This document shows positions 1 to 17,500 of a stretch of DNA of 64,000 nt, in pieces. Position 1 is the stretch's first letter; each line of letters begins with the position of its first letter. The stretch is from contig CP086569.2 in assembly GCA_009914755.4 (NCBI GenBank), forward strand, positions 21,376,001 to 21,440,000. Direction: 5' to 3'. Made by a program: the position numbers and the translations under genes. The notes under the pieces are model-generated. The model was not told where the DNA came from and searched no databases. It worked only from the letters and a program-made list of their open reading frames with translations. The stretch comes from the human T2T-CHM13v2.0 reference genome, Homo sapiens.

Positions 1-2920
1 CAATTTTATCTTTTAGCTCTGGAATTTCTGCTTAATTATTTTAATACCCCATTATTCTCATGGAATTCTGAATTTATTCTCCGTGTTATATCAAATTTCT
101 TTGCGTTTCAACACTGGTCTTCAAATTCTCTGTCTGAAATGTCATGTACTTCTGTTCCTCCAGGATTGATCCCCAGTACCTTATTGAGTTCATTTAGTTG
201 GGCCACATTTTCCTGAATGGTACTGATGCTACTAGATATTCTAAGGTGCCTGGGTATTGAAGAGCTAGGTATCTATTGCCATCTTTACTATATGGGCTTA
301 TTTATAGTCTTCTTTTCTGAGATGCCTTTCCAGATATTGGAAAAGACTTGGATGTTGTGATCTACACTGTGTTTGCTTTAGGAAGTACCACAAGCCCCCA
401 AACTCTGTGGCTCTTCTGGAGTTGTTAGACGTACTGCCTTAACAGTCTTGGACAGAATCTGGGAGACTTATCTGGATTACCAGACAGACAATTTTTTTCT
501 CTTTACTTAGTTTCTCCCAAACATACAGAGTCTCTCCCTATGTTCTGAGTCATCTAAAGCTAGTCATGGAGTGACACAAGTACCCCTGTGGCCACCATCA
601 CTGTGATTATGCTGGGTCAGAACTGAAGCCAGCACAGTGCTGGGTCTCACCCAAGGCCTGCTATAACCACTCCCTGGTTACTGCCTATGTTAATTCAAGG
701 GCTTGGGGCTCCACAATTAGCAGGTAGCAAAGGCAGGCCTTTGTTCTTCCATTTAGGGCAGAGGTTCCCCAGATCCCATGTGTGTCAGAAGTGCCATCGT
801 GGAGTCAGGGCTGGATTCAAAAACCTTAGAAGTCTAGTTGGTACTCTACGGTATTGAGGCTGCCACCCAAACCACAAGTTGCAGTTGTTTCCACTCTTCC
901 CTCTACTTTCCAAAGGCAGAAATTTCTTATCCCTTAGTTACCACTACTACCCTGCCAAAAGGACTACTGCCAGACTACCACAGATGTTTTCTTCAGGCTT
1001 GAGGTCTTTTAGGTTAGCTTTTGGTGAATGCTGCCTGGCACAGGATTCACCCTTCAGGGCAGTGGGCCTCTTTCTGGGTCAGGGAAGGTCCAGAAATGCC
1101 ATCCAAGAGTCAAGTCTTGGAATCAGGTACTCTAAGAGCTCACTTTGTGCTTAGCACCTGTGGCAGTGTTGGTATCTAAAATGCAAGACGTCAAAGTCCC
1201 CTTTAAGTTTCTCTCCACTTTTCTAGAGTAGAAGTTGTTTTGCCCCATTGCCACTACAGTCTACAGTTGGTTATGTGCTACATTTCTCCTGAAGCTAGCA
1301 AGTCTCAGAGCATCACTCAAGGCCCTTAATGTAGTACCTGGGTATCACTGCTGTTCATTCAGAGCCCAAGGTTTCTTCAGTGAGCAGGCAATAAATGTTG
1401 ACTGGACTGAGTCCTTTCCTTCAAGGCATCAGGTTCCCTTCCGGCCCAGAGTGTGTCAAGAAATGCCATCTGGGAGGTAAGACCAAAAATGGCAGGCTCA
1501 AAACTCTGTACGGTACCTTAACCTGCTGTGGCTGAACTGGTGTGCTAAGTGCAAAACAAAGTCTTTTGTATCCTTTCATGCTCTCCCCTTAAGTGAAGGA
1601 TAGGAGCCTTTTTTGGAGCCATGAGCTAAAAAGCTTGGGGTTAGCACAGAGGTGATGCCAGGACTCTCTTTTCTGCCTTAGCTGGTGCCTCTTGTTCCAG
1701 TCAACTCCACTGTTTCTGGGCCTACTTCAGCAACAGGACTTACTTAAGAGATGCAGTGGCTTAGAATACTATTCAAGTTTACTTAGATACCAAGAGCATT
1801 TTGGCCCTCTATGGAGAGGTTTGTGGGCAGTCAAGTTCAGACCACTAGGACTGGAGATTCTCTTGTAGCTAGGGATGGTTTCAATGCTCCTTCTGTGGGT
1901 GGGCATCAGCTGACTTTGTTCTGATTTTCTTCTCTCCTTTAATAGGACAGCACTAAGTTCACTGCCTTGCAATTACTGTGTTGTTTCTACATCAGTGCCC
2001 ACAGATACTTTCTGCCTACACAGTTGCTACCAGGGATTAGGGAGAGGTGGCTTTGGTGATTCAGGGATGGTTTTGTTGTTCTTGCTTGTTTGTTTTTTGT
2101 TTTTGTTTCAAATCTTCAGTGCCTCTTTCAGTGATATGAAGTTAAAATCAGTTACTGTAAGTGATCACCTGATTTTTTGGTTCTTACGAAGGTGTGTAGT
2201 TTTTTGTTTGTTTTTCTTTTATGTGTAGATAATTGGTAACTTGATGTTCTTGGGGTGAGGGGGAGGGCTGTAATCAGTGGAGCTTTCTATTTCCACCATT
2301 TTGTTTCTTTTCTCTCCAAATTTTTATTTATTGATTGAACTTTAAATTTTGTATATGCATAGTTTTCCAATATTTTTATTTGTTCCTGCATTTTTGGGAT
2401 TTCTTTTACATCTAAGGAGTGTTTTATAATAATCATGTTTAATTCTGTTTCAGGAAATTCATTTTTGTAATTTTTTAAAAGATGTATTAATATTCTTTAT
2501 TAGTTTTATTAATATTCTTTATCTGATTATATGTTTGCATTGAGTCTTACAGACTGGTTTAGGTTTGAAGTTTTTCTCTATTAGGCTTTTGTGCTGAAGA
2601 TATTGCCTTTGGGATTACAGTTTTGTGAGTTCTAAGTAGGTCTCCTGGCTAAACTTGGTGCACAATAAAAACTGAATTTTACAGTCCAGTTACCAGGAGA
2701 ACTAGTAGACTGGAGTTCTATCTGTATCCTGGGGAGATCTGTTCGTCTCCAAGGTCATGGACTTTGGGGGCTGGCACTAAGACAAATATTTTCTTCATGA
2801 CTTGCAAACAGTGGGGTTTTCAGCATTTGTGCTGAAAGGTGTGGCTATCTATGATAGTTGGGAGAACTACTCTTATGTACAGACAGGTCCCTGGGCCTTT
2901 CATATTGCCTCATTCTTTTA

Positions 2921-6468
<3,548 letters not shown>

Positions 6469-6499
6469 AAAATTAGGATGTGTCCTGGTGTCTTTTGGA

Positions 6500-9400
6500 G
6501 TTACCAATCCTGCTCTGAGGCTGTGGCAGAGAGGGGCTGGATTCTATTTACATACTTGTTTCAAGATTCACAGTGCATCCAAAGTGAGGGTATAAATCTG
6601 TAGGACACAGCTGGACCTGATTCTCCAATGGCTTCATAGCAGGCAAAATATCTTATGTATCTGCAAACAACAAAAATAGAGATCAAATATTGAGATCTAT
6701 ATATATATTAGAGGACTGACTGAAAGTCACCAGTGAACAAGTTTGGTAAGAAATCCCGTGTGTTGTTTCTTAGGTTTTAAATTTTCCCAGAGTATAGCTG
6801 GGGGAGCTGAAATTGAGATTAAGATCAAAAACAAAAACTATTTTGTACACCATCTTGAGATGGTGGCTTTTTTGATATAACACCAAGAAATTTCTTTTGC
6901 AGGCAAAATTGCTCACAAATACCAGTTAAGAGATGCTGTTGTCAATCTAATCAGTTACCTTCCAGAATATTCTTTGGCTTAAGGGACTTCAAGACTATCT
7001 AGTTGTAACTTATAATAATTCTCTATTGATACAGAGTAAATTTGGGACTTTGGCAGTGAAGCTAACACAGAGACTCATCAGTAACTGCTGACAGATGGAA
7101 GCAGGCAAGCTTGTCTGGGTTTATTGCTTAGGTGTTCGCTACACAGGCATAGAAACTCTGCCTACCACAGAATGGACCTGCTCTTGAATAGAGAGGCAAG
7201 CCAATCCTGGTGGCACAGATAGATGAGTTCCCTTTAGGCTCCTGAGGGGAGAAAAAATACCTGAAACGATGCCTTAAAAAGGAGAGAATCTATTTTACAA
7301 AATAACATCAGGGTCCACTGCCAAGACAAGGGTCAGCAGGCAGATTTCATTCTGTTTAGGCTCTACTGCACATGATTCTTCTGCATCTTGTAGAAGATAG
7401 TTTTGTGATTAGGCTCCCAGAATACATGTGAATTTACCCAGCCAAAGGGGCTACTCTTGAGTCCAAATTAAAGAGAACAAATGGCATGTCTGCCACATGA
7501 ATGTTTATTTGCAGTCTCAAAAATCATAGTTCTTGGGCTACACCAGCATTTTACAAATCTCACAGCTGAATCCCAATCACTTTATCAAGAAATAAAGAAA
7601 CTTATGTCCGTGGATGGGTGCAGAATTCTTCTGTTTTGAAGAGACACAAAATGGTGACCTCATATTTCACCATCTTGCTTTTATCATCCTCTATCTTCTA
7701 TTTTTAACAGCTAAAATGTTATTGTACAATGAACACAAAGATTTGCCATTTAACTTAATATCAAAACTATTCACTCTGCACCATGTCTGACAATCAGCAG
7801 TTTCTATGTGTGTGAGGTTATATGTTTGTGTGGGGGTGTAATTGATGTACAGTGGTGAGAAGCAAAAGATAAACCAAATCCCTATGAAATCTTTATGTCC
7901 TTTGAAACACTTTTAAGTTAAAACAGCTTTACTGTGATTTGTAATGTCCTAAGCAGCAGTGCAAAGACATGAGAGCTTTATACACTATGTTGTAACTCTC
8001 CATATGTAAATAGCATGGGGCTGTTCCAATGTGATTTTATTTCTGATATCTTCACCTTTTTTTTCTTAAGCTGACACTGTCATTTCTGAGTTTTCTTACA
8101 TAATGATAATTATCTGCATTTAAAATACATGTTATCCTTAACTTTCAGTTGTTTTTCCCAATGTTTTCTCCTCTTCAACAAAGTGTCTACCCTGTAAGCA
8201 TATGACTTTATCTCACCACTCCTACCTCCTTCCAGTGATACAAATTTGATCTCTGCCTAAGAGTCTTTATCCAAGACGTGACACCATTTCTTAAGAGGTC
8301 CTCTGTCCTAGCTCACCCATTATTTCCTGTGTTTCTTCCTTCTAGCTCTGAACAATATACTCTATTTCTTCCATTACTGCCAATCTGATATAGAAAAAAC
8401 TGATAAATAAGTCAAAACAACCACTGTGTAGCATCTCTTAAGTTGTTTATTTTTTTTAACCGCAGACTGAGAGCTGTTAGCTCAAATTTTACTGGCACAA
8501 GAGACAAAATTTTGCACATCTAGCTATGTTTAAATGAGTTTCAATGAGTAGAATGTAGACATTAGATTTTCTTGGTGTGCAAATTCATAAACTTGGCTCA
8601 GCATTTGCTGAATATTAAATAAATGATTTTATTATATGATGCTAAGCCAGCATTAGAAGTAGAGCTTTTAAAACTTAATTTCTGGAAGGGTTTTGAAGCA
8701 CCATCACAGTGACATACATCTTCTTAAACTCTTGTCTTATCCAGAAATAACCTTACTTAATTCAGCTTTACTGAATTGAAAAATCTGCACCTTTATCCTG
8801 TGTACAATCTCAATTTGTGAGGGTCTTTATCTGTTATGCAAAATTGCACAATAAAGATTGTTGTGTGGTATTTACAGCCATAATGAATTTGTTTTTCTTT
8901 ACTACTTCTCATATCATTTATTCTTCAACAATCATTCTACCTCTGTTAGCTCACAGGTGCATTGCTACATTCAAATATTTACATATCATGTTATTTTTAA
9001 AAGCCAAAATGACACCTTTTCAGCATTTACAATTTTCTTGGTTATTTAAACCCCTCCAGCTTTATTCAGGAGCTGTTAAATATTGATAAGATAGAGGCTT
9101 GTTGCTATATGCTTTCAAGTGCAATTTCTCTTGAAATTTTCTCACCTGGAGTTTCCATGGTAAGTTGCTAAGAGGTATCACCTAGACTTTTAAGTGCATT
9201 ATAGGATACACCCCACTAAGGAGCTGTCTTTCCCTTCTCTCCCTCTTTATCACGGGAGACAGAGAGAAGGAAAAGAAGGAGACTGCAGGAAGAAGACAGA
9301 GAAAAGAAAATACAATAAAGATACAAAGAGAAAAACCTATGATAAAAGACTTGCCGTGAGAGCTGCACTTCTTAATTCTCTCTCAGGAGTTCTCTTCTCC

Positions 9401-12400
9401 TAGACCAGAAGGGACCCATGATAGAGTCTTTGTTTTCCATGTGATTATTGGGAATTCTAAGCAATGAGTTAGCAGAACAAGGACTATGGGTGGGCTGTCT
9501 GCTAACGGTTTGTTAGTCAAGTTTGAGTTAGAAAGAACATCAGAAGACAAAACTGGGCTATGATGATGGCCACAGTGTTGGAACCTTCTGCCACAAAAAT
9601 ATGAGTAGGACTTAAGCCTTAGAACCTCGGAAGCCAATTCAAGGCTGACATGGTGAGTCTCAGGATGAGATAAACTATGGACCATGGGATGCCAGAGCAC
9701 TTTCTCTTGTGAGGCACAGGAGGGCACTGTGTGGGACTGGCTCAACTCACTTTTCTTGCTTCTGCTCAAGATGAAAAAAAAGAAAAAAAAAGGAAGAAGT
9801 TTAAAGATGAAGACAAGGGAGAACATTTGGATTAAGTCAGAAGGAGTAGTGCTTTGGCCACAGCCAAAACCGAAGCTAGCCCACTTGGACATGCTGTGCT
9901 CCAGGATTCTGCCTACCAGCCTGTCCCTGGCCCATTGGTGTCCCCAAGAAGTCAATATCCTGACCTTCTAAAGCACAGTAAGTAAGTAGAATCCCTATCT
10001 TTACGGTCAGGTCCAGCACAAGCATTACCAAATATCAATATGAAGCTTTTATCTTCAGACTTTTCTATCAGAGTAGCACTAAGGCACTATTGTTGAGGTG
10101 GTTGTTCTGAGGATTTCTGCGAATTAACAACAGAGTAGCTAGCCCATTGGCCCTTTGAGGATACAGCAGCTTATATTAAGTTAATCAAGATAATGCCTAG
10201 AACAGAGATGGGTAAGTGATGACCTCAAATTTGTCCAAGAAGGAAGGAAGCTTCAAGGACAGTGGCCCTGAACCTCTGAGAATTCCTGAAACCTTGGAAT
10301 TTTGGCAGCCAACCAGAAATGGGTCTAATCAGTTCCAGGACAGGACACAGCCTGCCCTTAGCAATGCTAAATCTTAAATGCTTGTGGTCTACCCACCATC
10401 CCACAACCTCTTCTAGAGGCCAAAGCAGAAAGGTAACCTGCCTCTTTGTTGTGACTGTGCTCTTACGTGGCTTCTCAGTCCAGCCTTGACAGACAGCTTC
10501 AGGCATACATGGGTCAGGTTACAGAAGCAGTTCCACATAGAAGCCCTTAGCCTATATCCATCAGACTGGGGCCTGCAGGAGCAAGCATTACTGGCTATTG
10601 AATACACGAAAAGGCTGCATATATCTTTGGCTTTTACTCTCTGCATGCATTGAATCCCTTTTGTCATTAGGATTCATAAAAACAGGATCCTACAGTCTTG
10701 GTGCCCTGTGTTCTTAAAGTTGTGCCATCTTTCTTCCAGCTGTGAAATGGTCCCTCTGCAAAAAGAATGTTCTAACAAATTTTTTTCTTCCACCACCATC
10801 CTTGCATGTGTAAATCTTTATTCTGCCCATCAATCCTAAAATCTGACTCTAATACCAAAGGCTCTTTTGTCTTTTTACAAAGACTTCTTAATGTTATTTT
10901 CCTCCAATACTAGACACTGGCCATTCTTACCCTTGCCTTAAGATGCAAATTAAAGACTGTTGTGCCAGCCTTTCCCAATACAGCTTTTGTCTCCACATGA
11001 GCAGGGCTGCTTTTTCAATGAATGACATTTTCGCCAGACCATAGGGAATTACCAGGTGAACAAACTTCCCTTTGCTTCTGTAACCTATCTCATAAACTGT
11101 GTATGTAATCAAGACCTCATGATGCTAAATTAAATTTCTTGTCTTGTACTTCTCTTTAGTGATCTCAGAGAATGGTAAACCACTTTCTGTAATCATAGGG
11201 TCCCCTTAAAAAGAAAGAAAGAAAACATGAAACAAAAGAAACAAGGACACATCCCAGAATACTATTTGTAGCATCTTTGGGCAGGAATTAGACAACAAAG
11301 GACTTCAGAGGTTTTGCTGCCCATCTGGGTCTACTGCTTGGGTCCAGTCAGGTTATACTCCCAGCCTTGTTGCAGTGGCTTCATGTCCTATGAAAGCCTG
11401 ACCCATGACCACTCTGCTTTGAGGTCTTGAGCTGCTTTCAAAAAAAAAAAAAAGACATTTTGGTTGAATAAATATTCAAATATTATGCCTACCAAATAGG
11501 TTGGCCTGGAGTTTGACTGTACTGCACCTATGACCAAAAAAGACTAGAAGCGTGTCTGGGTTTTGCACTCTCAGACCAAACAACCCTAATCTTACAGAAT
11601 TTGGTCAGAAGCAGGGAGGCCTAGCTGTATGATTCAAGTGAGTACAGAATAAGAGAAGTTAAAGACTCTAGAGAAGGGAGTGGTGGAGGCATATTATCCC
11701 TTTGCAGGTAGCAGGTTATTTTGGGGTGGCTTGCTAACACCCTTCCCATCCTCGCCAAGCTGGGCAATTAGAACAAGGTAGAACCAGCAGTTCTGTTATC
11801 TATTTCACAAAGGCTATAGCTGGATAGAAAAGAGAGAGAGGGTCTGAAAAGAGACTTGTCCAGATAATGCCTTGGTCATTTGGGGTCAAAGGTAGCTGTA
11901 GGACCCTTGCCACTGTGGCTACCTACCAGGTCTTCATTCCTATAAACATAATACTTTTCAATACAGTCATGTGCCAATGACTAAGTTCAATGATTGGAAT
12001 ATATACAATGGAGGTCTCATAAGATTATAATGCAACTAAAAAATTCCTATTGTTTAGTGATGCCATAGCGGCTCTGAGGTAGCATCGCATCCCTCAAGTT
12101 TTTGTGGTGACACTGGTGTAAACAACTGATTGCACTGCCAATTGTTTGAGTCTAGCATACATATTACATACATACAATACATAATTCTTATTAATGATAA
12201 CAACCATCCATGTACTGGTATGTACTGTACTGACTATACTGTATTTTCACTATTATTTAGCATATACTCCTACTCTTTACAAAAAAAAAAAGTTAAGTAT
12301 AAGACATATCAGGAGATATTCCAGTACAGGAAATATTTCAGTAGGAGGCATTGTTAACATAGGAGGTGACCCCTGCATGTGTGTTACTGCCCTGTAGACC

Positions 12401-14400
12401 ATCCAGTGGAACAAGATGTGGAGGGGGTGACAATAATATTGAAGACCCTGTCTCTGCATAATACAAGGCTAATGTGTGTGCTCATGCTTTATATTTTAAA
12501 AAATGATTTACATGGAAAAAATTAAGTAACCATTATAAGAGCAGATACAAGCTTATATTATTGAATATAAAATTAATGTTTATTCATCTGTATAATACAT
12601 TTATTTTAACCTAAATTTCATTTAAAGAGGGTCAAGCATGGGCATGGTGGCTCACACCCACAGTCCCAGCACTTTGGGAGGTTGAGGTGAGGAATGCTTG
12701 TGCATAGGTATTCAAGAACAACTTGGGAAGCAGGGCAAGGTCCTATTTATACAAAAACTATAATAATTAGCCAGTGTAATTACAGTGACTGTAATTCCAG
12801 CTACTAGGGAGGCTGAATCTGGTAGGTTGAGGTAGCAGTGGGTTATGACTGCATCTCTGTACTGCAGCTTGGGTGACAAAGTGAGACTTTACCTTAAAAA
12901 CAAAACAAAACAAAAACCCTAAATAAAATTTTTAAAAAGAAAAAATAAAATTTAAAAAATCTAAACTTTAAACAAAAATTAAAAGTTTGTAAAGTAAAAA
13001 GTTACAGTAGCAGAGGTTCATTTACTATTAAAGAAAGGTAGTTTTAATAAATGTATATATTCTAAGCATACAATATTTATGTCATAGTAGTTTACACTAA
13101 TGTCCTTGGCCTTTATATTAATTTGCCAATTATTGACTCATCCAGAACAATTTTCAGTCCTAAAATCTGCATTTTAGGACATGCATTTAAGTATGTTCCC
13201 TAAACAGTTATACCACATTGTACTCCTTCCAAAATATTTTTAGTATACCTTTTCAGTATTTCATATGTTTAGATAATAAATACCATTGTGTTATAACTGC
13301 CTACAATATTTAGTATAGTAACCTGCTATGTAAGTTTATAGTCTACAAATCTATACCATATAGTGTGGTATACCATGTAGTGCAAGGTATCCTGTCTTGT
13401 TTGTGAATGTACTCTAAAATGTTCAGCCAATTACAGAATTGCTCCACAATGCATTCAAGTCATTAATTGATGCTTGAGTGTATTTTTAACTAGCCTGAAT
13501 TGGTAGAAATGTGAGTGAGAGAATTTTGTCTTACTTCTTCCCTTAGCGCACACACTTGCTGTAAATTCGGGGAAGTTAATTTGTCATATTATCCCTTCTG
13601 TGATCATTTCTCATTGATGTAGTATAAAGAAATAGAGAATGTGGAAGGACCTATCAAAGGAACATGATGCAACCACACTTGAAATACAATATCAACAGAT
13701 GTGGTTCCTCCTCCAGCAGCACAGTATAAAACATGTTGCCTTGTCTTCTTTGACAGAAACATGAATTTAATATTTACCAACTGTAGTCAGTGGTCAGTCA
13801 TGAACACTAGCACTACTTCCAGACACCCATCCACTTTCTATTTATTTTGGAAGCAATCTGCATTTTACACTTATATTGCATATGCAATTCCATGGCTATG
13901 CTTGGTACTTACTGAATTTGTTGCAAACCTCGTTGAAAAGGAAATGGTGATAACATGCACTAGCTCAAGTATAGAGTGGAGATGCTTTATTCTGCTCATC
14001 TTTTTACTACATTATTTCCAACCTCTTCTCGTGCTCTTGACTTTAAAGGCAGCAGAGTAGTTCTTTTGGAAATTGTACTACTTGATTAAAAAAAAAATAG
14101 GATGCAGAGTATTGCCACCTAACCTGGATTTCCTCGGTTATACTGTGTTTCCTAGTTTATCCTTGTTCTTAACTCCAGTTTCTAATATTAGATATCTGCC
14201 TCTCTACCAAGTGGAGTATTAGAATCTCAAGAAGCTTCTCTAGGCCACAGGTTATATGCCATTGGACTTTATTGACTTCCTCTGAGTACAGAGTTAAAGG
14301 CTGTTATGAAATAGACCATAGTTTAGGTACAAGGTAGTACTCAGTTCAATATGATATTTGTGGACATTTAGAAAACAAAAGGTTGTGATACAAAACGAGT
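6500..14400. repeat. Copy 1 of an ancient ~7.8-kb tandem segmental duplication (boundaries approximate)
   Basis: Collinear blocks in this copy align by eye to copy 2 at a constant offset of ~7.8 kb after subtracting later TE insertions. Anchor pairs (copy 1 vs copy 2): 7360/15110, 7840/15350, 8350/16180, 9440/17260, 9970/17780, 10730/18600, 11300/19160, 11600/19450, 13300/23030, 13750/23470. Identity is roughly 70%. Confidence 0.5.
12631..12925 (+). mobile_element. Alu SINE (diverged, older subfamily)
   Basis: GGTCAAGCATGGGCATGGTGGCTCACACCC...CAGCACTTTGGGAGG. Dimeric Alu architecture with an A-rich tail. Confidence 0.8.
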
Positions 14401-14501
14401 TAGTGGGTTCAGCGCACCAGCATGGCACATGTATACATATGTAACTAACCTGCACAATGTGCACATGTAACCTAAAACTTAAAGTATAATTTAAAAAAAA
14501 A
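14397..14501 (+). mobile_element. Short L1PA 3'-terminal fragment (~100 bp) with poly-A
   Basis: GTTAGTGGGTTCAGCGCACCAGCATGGCACATGTATACATATGTAACTAACCTGCACAATGTGCACATGTAACCTAAAACTTAAAGTATAATTT + A9. This matches the L1 3' terminus. Confidence 0.8.
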
Positions 14502-17500
14502 GTCAGAGTTATTGTTTCTGATGCACAGGCTAGTTCTGTCTTCCCTTTACATAACTATGGTGGTATCTGCAAAGGAAAAATGTTGAAAGTCTGGGAGACA
14601 TATGGTTGTATGATCTCATGCTAAATATGCTTAGAAAAGAGTCTAGCCCATGTATAGCACAGTCCCTGTATCTAACTCTACTTGCTACGCAAATAGTATG
14701 GAAACAAGTTATTTCTTTTTCTAGAATGGTATCTTCTGGCATTTTTGAGCAGTGTCACTGTAGATCCCTGAGAAACTGGTACAGCAAAGAGTGAGTAAGG
14801 CCAGATAACATGTTATTAAATATTACAATGTATCTCTCTGGCCTAGTGTCATACCTGGAACCATTCACATCACATAAAATAAAAAAGCCAGATTTTGGCT
14901 GTGTATTGTTTTTCACCACTCTCCTGTTCATTACCTTTCATCTTATATACCTAAATATATTCTGGCTTTTGTTCCTAAAAAATTTTGAGACTATGGCCTC
15001 CTGCTTCTGCTCCGGCAGAGTGTGGCCATCATTCACACTTTAGACTATCTGCTGTTTTAATAGAACTGTGTATGGGATGAAAATTTTAGAAGGTAAACCA
15101 GTCTGCACTGGAACTTCTTTATTACATACCACAGAAGGCATCTTTACTGACTTGTCCACATGCTCAGTGTAGTGAGTATGAGTGGATTATTTTAATCCAC
15201 TCCTCTAGGTCACTTGGAAAAAGGACATTGTCTGTCTGGTTTTGGCACCAAAGTCTCTTATGTGTAAGTCTTGGTGTGACTCTTTGCCAAGAAGCTCAGT
15301 GCCTCATCCCAATGCTGCTTTATGTGTTGTACGTGTGCAAATGTGACTCATATACAGTAGTAGAAAGAAGCAAAAAACAAAGTGAAACCCCATGAAATCC
15401 ATGTGGACTTTGACACTACTGCAGTACAACTGCATTAATGTGATTGGTAGTGCACCAAGAAGCAGTACAAATAGGTAAAAGCTCTATTCAACTCTGTTGT
15501 AACTACTTAAACATCCACACGTAAATGAAAGGGCATAGCTATGCTTTAATACATATTATTATGGTCACTTAAATTTGAATTTAATGAAAATGTTTATGTG
15601 ACCATTTTTTTAGTGATTTATAGTTGTAAAGAAATAATCTTATTTCTTTGATTGTATAAAAACAGGTAGACGGTGGCTAGCTACAGGCCAAAATTTCTCA
15701 ACCCCTTGTCTGAGGAATCAATAAAGAAAGACATAATTATATTTCAATAAATATCTGTTTCACAATTCTGTATTTCTTTTGCCTCTGTACTTTGTGCTTT
15801 AGTTGTTAAAGTCTTATAAAACAACTAAATAGGTTTGTCTTTCTGTGTTTTTTTGGAAATTTCTCTTTACCCTCTTCCTTTAATAACTAAACCTTGTTTC
15901 TCCTCCAGTTTTCCAAATGATGATAATCACTTGATGTCAATATAAATGTTTTATTTGTCTTTCAATATTTTATCTCATATAATTTTTCCTTATCTCTATA
16001 ACTTTCACATCTGTTAAGGATATGGCCTTAATATTCTACAACTATTTCCTCTCAATTATGTACATATAGTAAAATTCCAACTATGTGTATGCATTGCCAT
16101 CTGGTCCATAATTACTTTTTATATGTTCCTGTGTCCCAGCACTCCGCAATCATGCCTGTATTCTCGTCTTCAATAATATGCTGTCATTCCTCCATTACTG
16201 CCAACATATGATGTATAAATAACTAATATACAAATGAGCCAATGAGGGATTCTGTTTGTTTACTGGTCACCAAGTAACTTATTTTTTTCACTGCAGCCTA
16301 ACCCTTCCAGAAGCAAAGCTATTGTTTTATATATCCAGTTATATTTATAAAGGAAGTCAAAATAAACAGATTTTAGCCATTATATTCTTTTGGTTTGAAA
16401 TGCCCCAAAAACTTTGCTAAATATGTGTTTCAGATAAAATAGAAACTTTTCTGCGCAACCCCAAGACCAGCAGTGAACTTGGAACTTTGGGATGTAAATT
16501 CCTTTTATATCCCAATGTAATGGTCTTTTCAGCAACATTACTTAGATATAATTTCTCTTTGACTCTCTTCTTTATTCAAAATCACCTTAACCTATTTAGC
16601 ACTTGAATGATAATTCCTGCACCTCAACTCTCTTCAGTCTCATACTGTGAGAGTCTTTTCCTCTCATCCAACAATCTGAAATAAAAATTGTGTGTGTTAC
16701 TTCCTCCCATGGTCATTTTTTTTTTGATGACCAGCACCCATCCAGCAATACTTCTATGCATTGCTTCATACAGGTAAATTGCCAAAATTAAATGTTCACC
16801 CATGTTGTTCTTTTTTTAAAAGCTCAAACAGCATATTTTTTATCATTTAGCCTTTTTCTGCTTTTTATACCCCAAAAGATTCATCACCAGGCATCTATTG
16901 GCCATTGATGAGAAAAAGCCTTGCTACTATTGACCTTCAAGGTGCAATTGCTGTTTTAATTCTCTCACTCACTCTCACTGCTGGGTTGCCAAGTGGCATC
17001 ACCCAGACAAATCAGACCCATCTAGAATATGACTACCTGGAAGTCTTTTGCCCTCCTCCCATTCAGGATGATGGCTCCTTTTCTGGGAGAGGTAATAGAG
17101 AAGAGAAACTAGAGACAAATTACAAAAAGGAGAACCAGTTAAATGAAGCCTTAACACCATTCGGTGAGAGCTACTCTTTTCATCAGTCTCTTCCACAAAT
17201 GCTCTCTAAATTTTGTTACTAGAAGGCAGCAACCTCAATGTCAGGGTTCAAGGTGTTATTATTGGGAATTTCCATCATGGTTAAAGTGATGGGTTAGCAG
17301 GACTATGGGTGAGCTATCTACTTACAGCGAGTGTGTCAAATTGGGGTCAGACAGAAAGAGCAGCAAGGAACTAAACTGGGCCATGGTGATGACATTAGAA
17401 AGTCAGCATCTCCTGGCACAACTGTGTAAGCATGGCAACTGTCTTGGGCTCTCTGAAATCAATCCAAAACCCACCTGGTGAGTTACTAGATGACAGATCG

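Noticed and set aside
1-2900. Possible antisense L1 5' region / unclassified repeat at the start of the window
   Set aside because: Sequence texture hinted at an old LINE, but I could not match it to L1 5' UTR/ORF1 antisense sequence or find diagnostic peptides. It is left unannotated.
9383-9955. 190-aa minus-strand ORF in otherwise unique DNA
   Set aside because: It has no recognisable domain, includes a poly-Phe run produced by a poly-A tract (9775-9800), and its paralogous region in duplication copy 2 is not open. It is a chance ORF.
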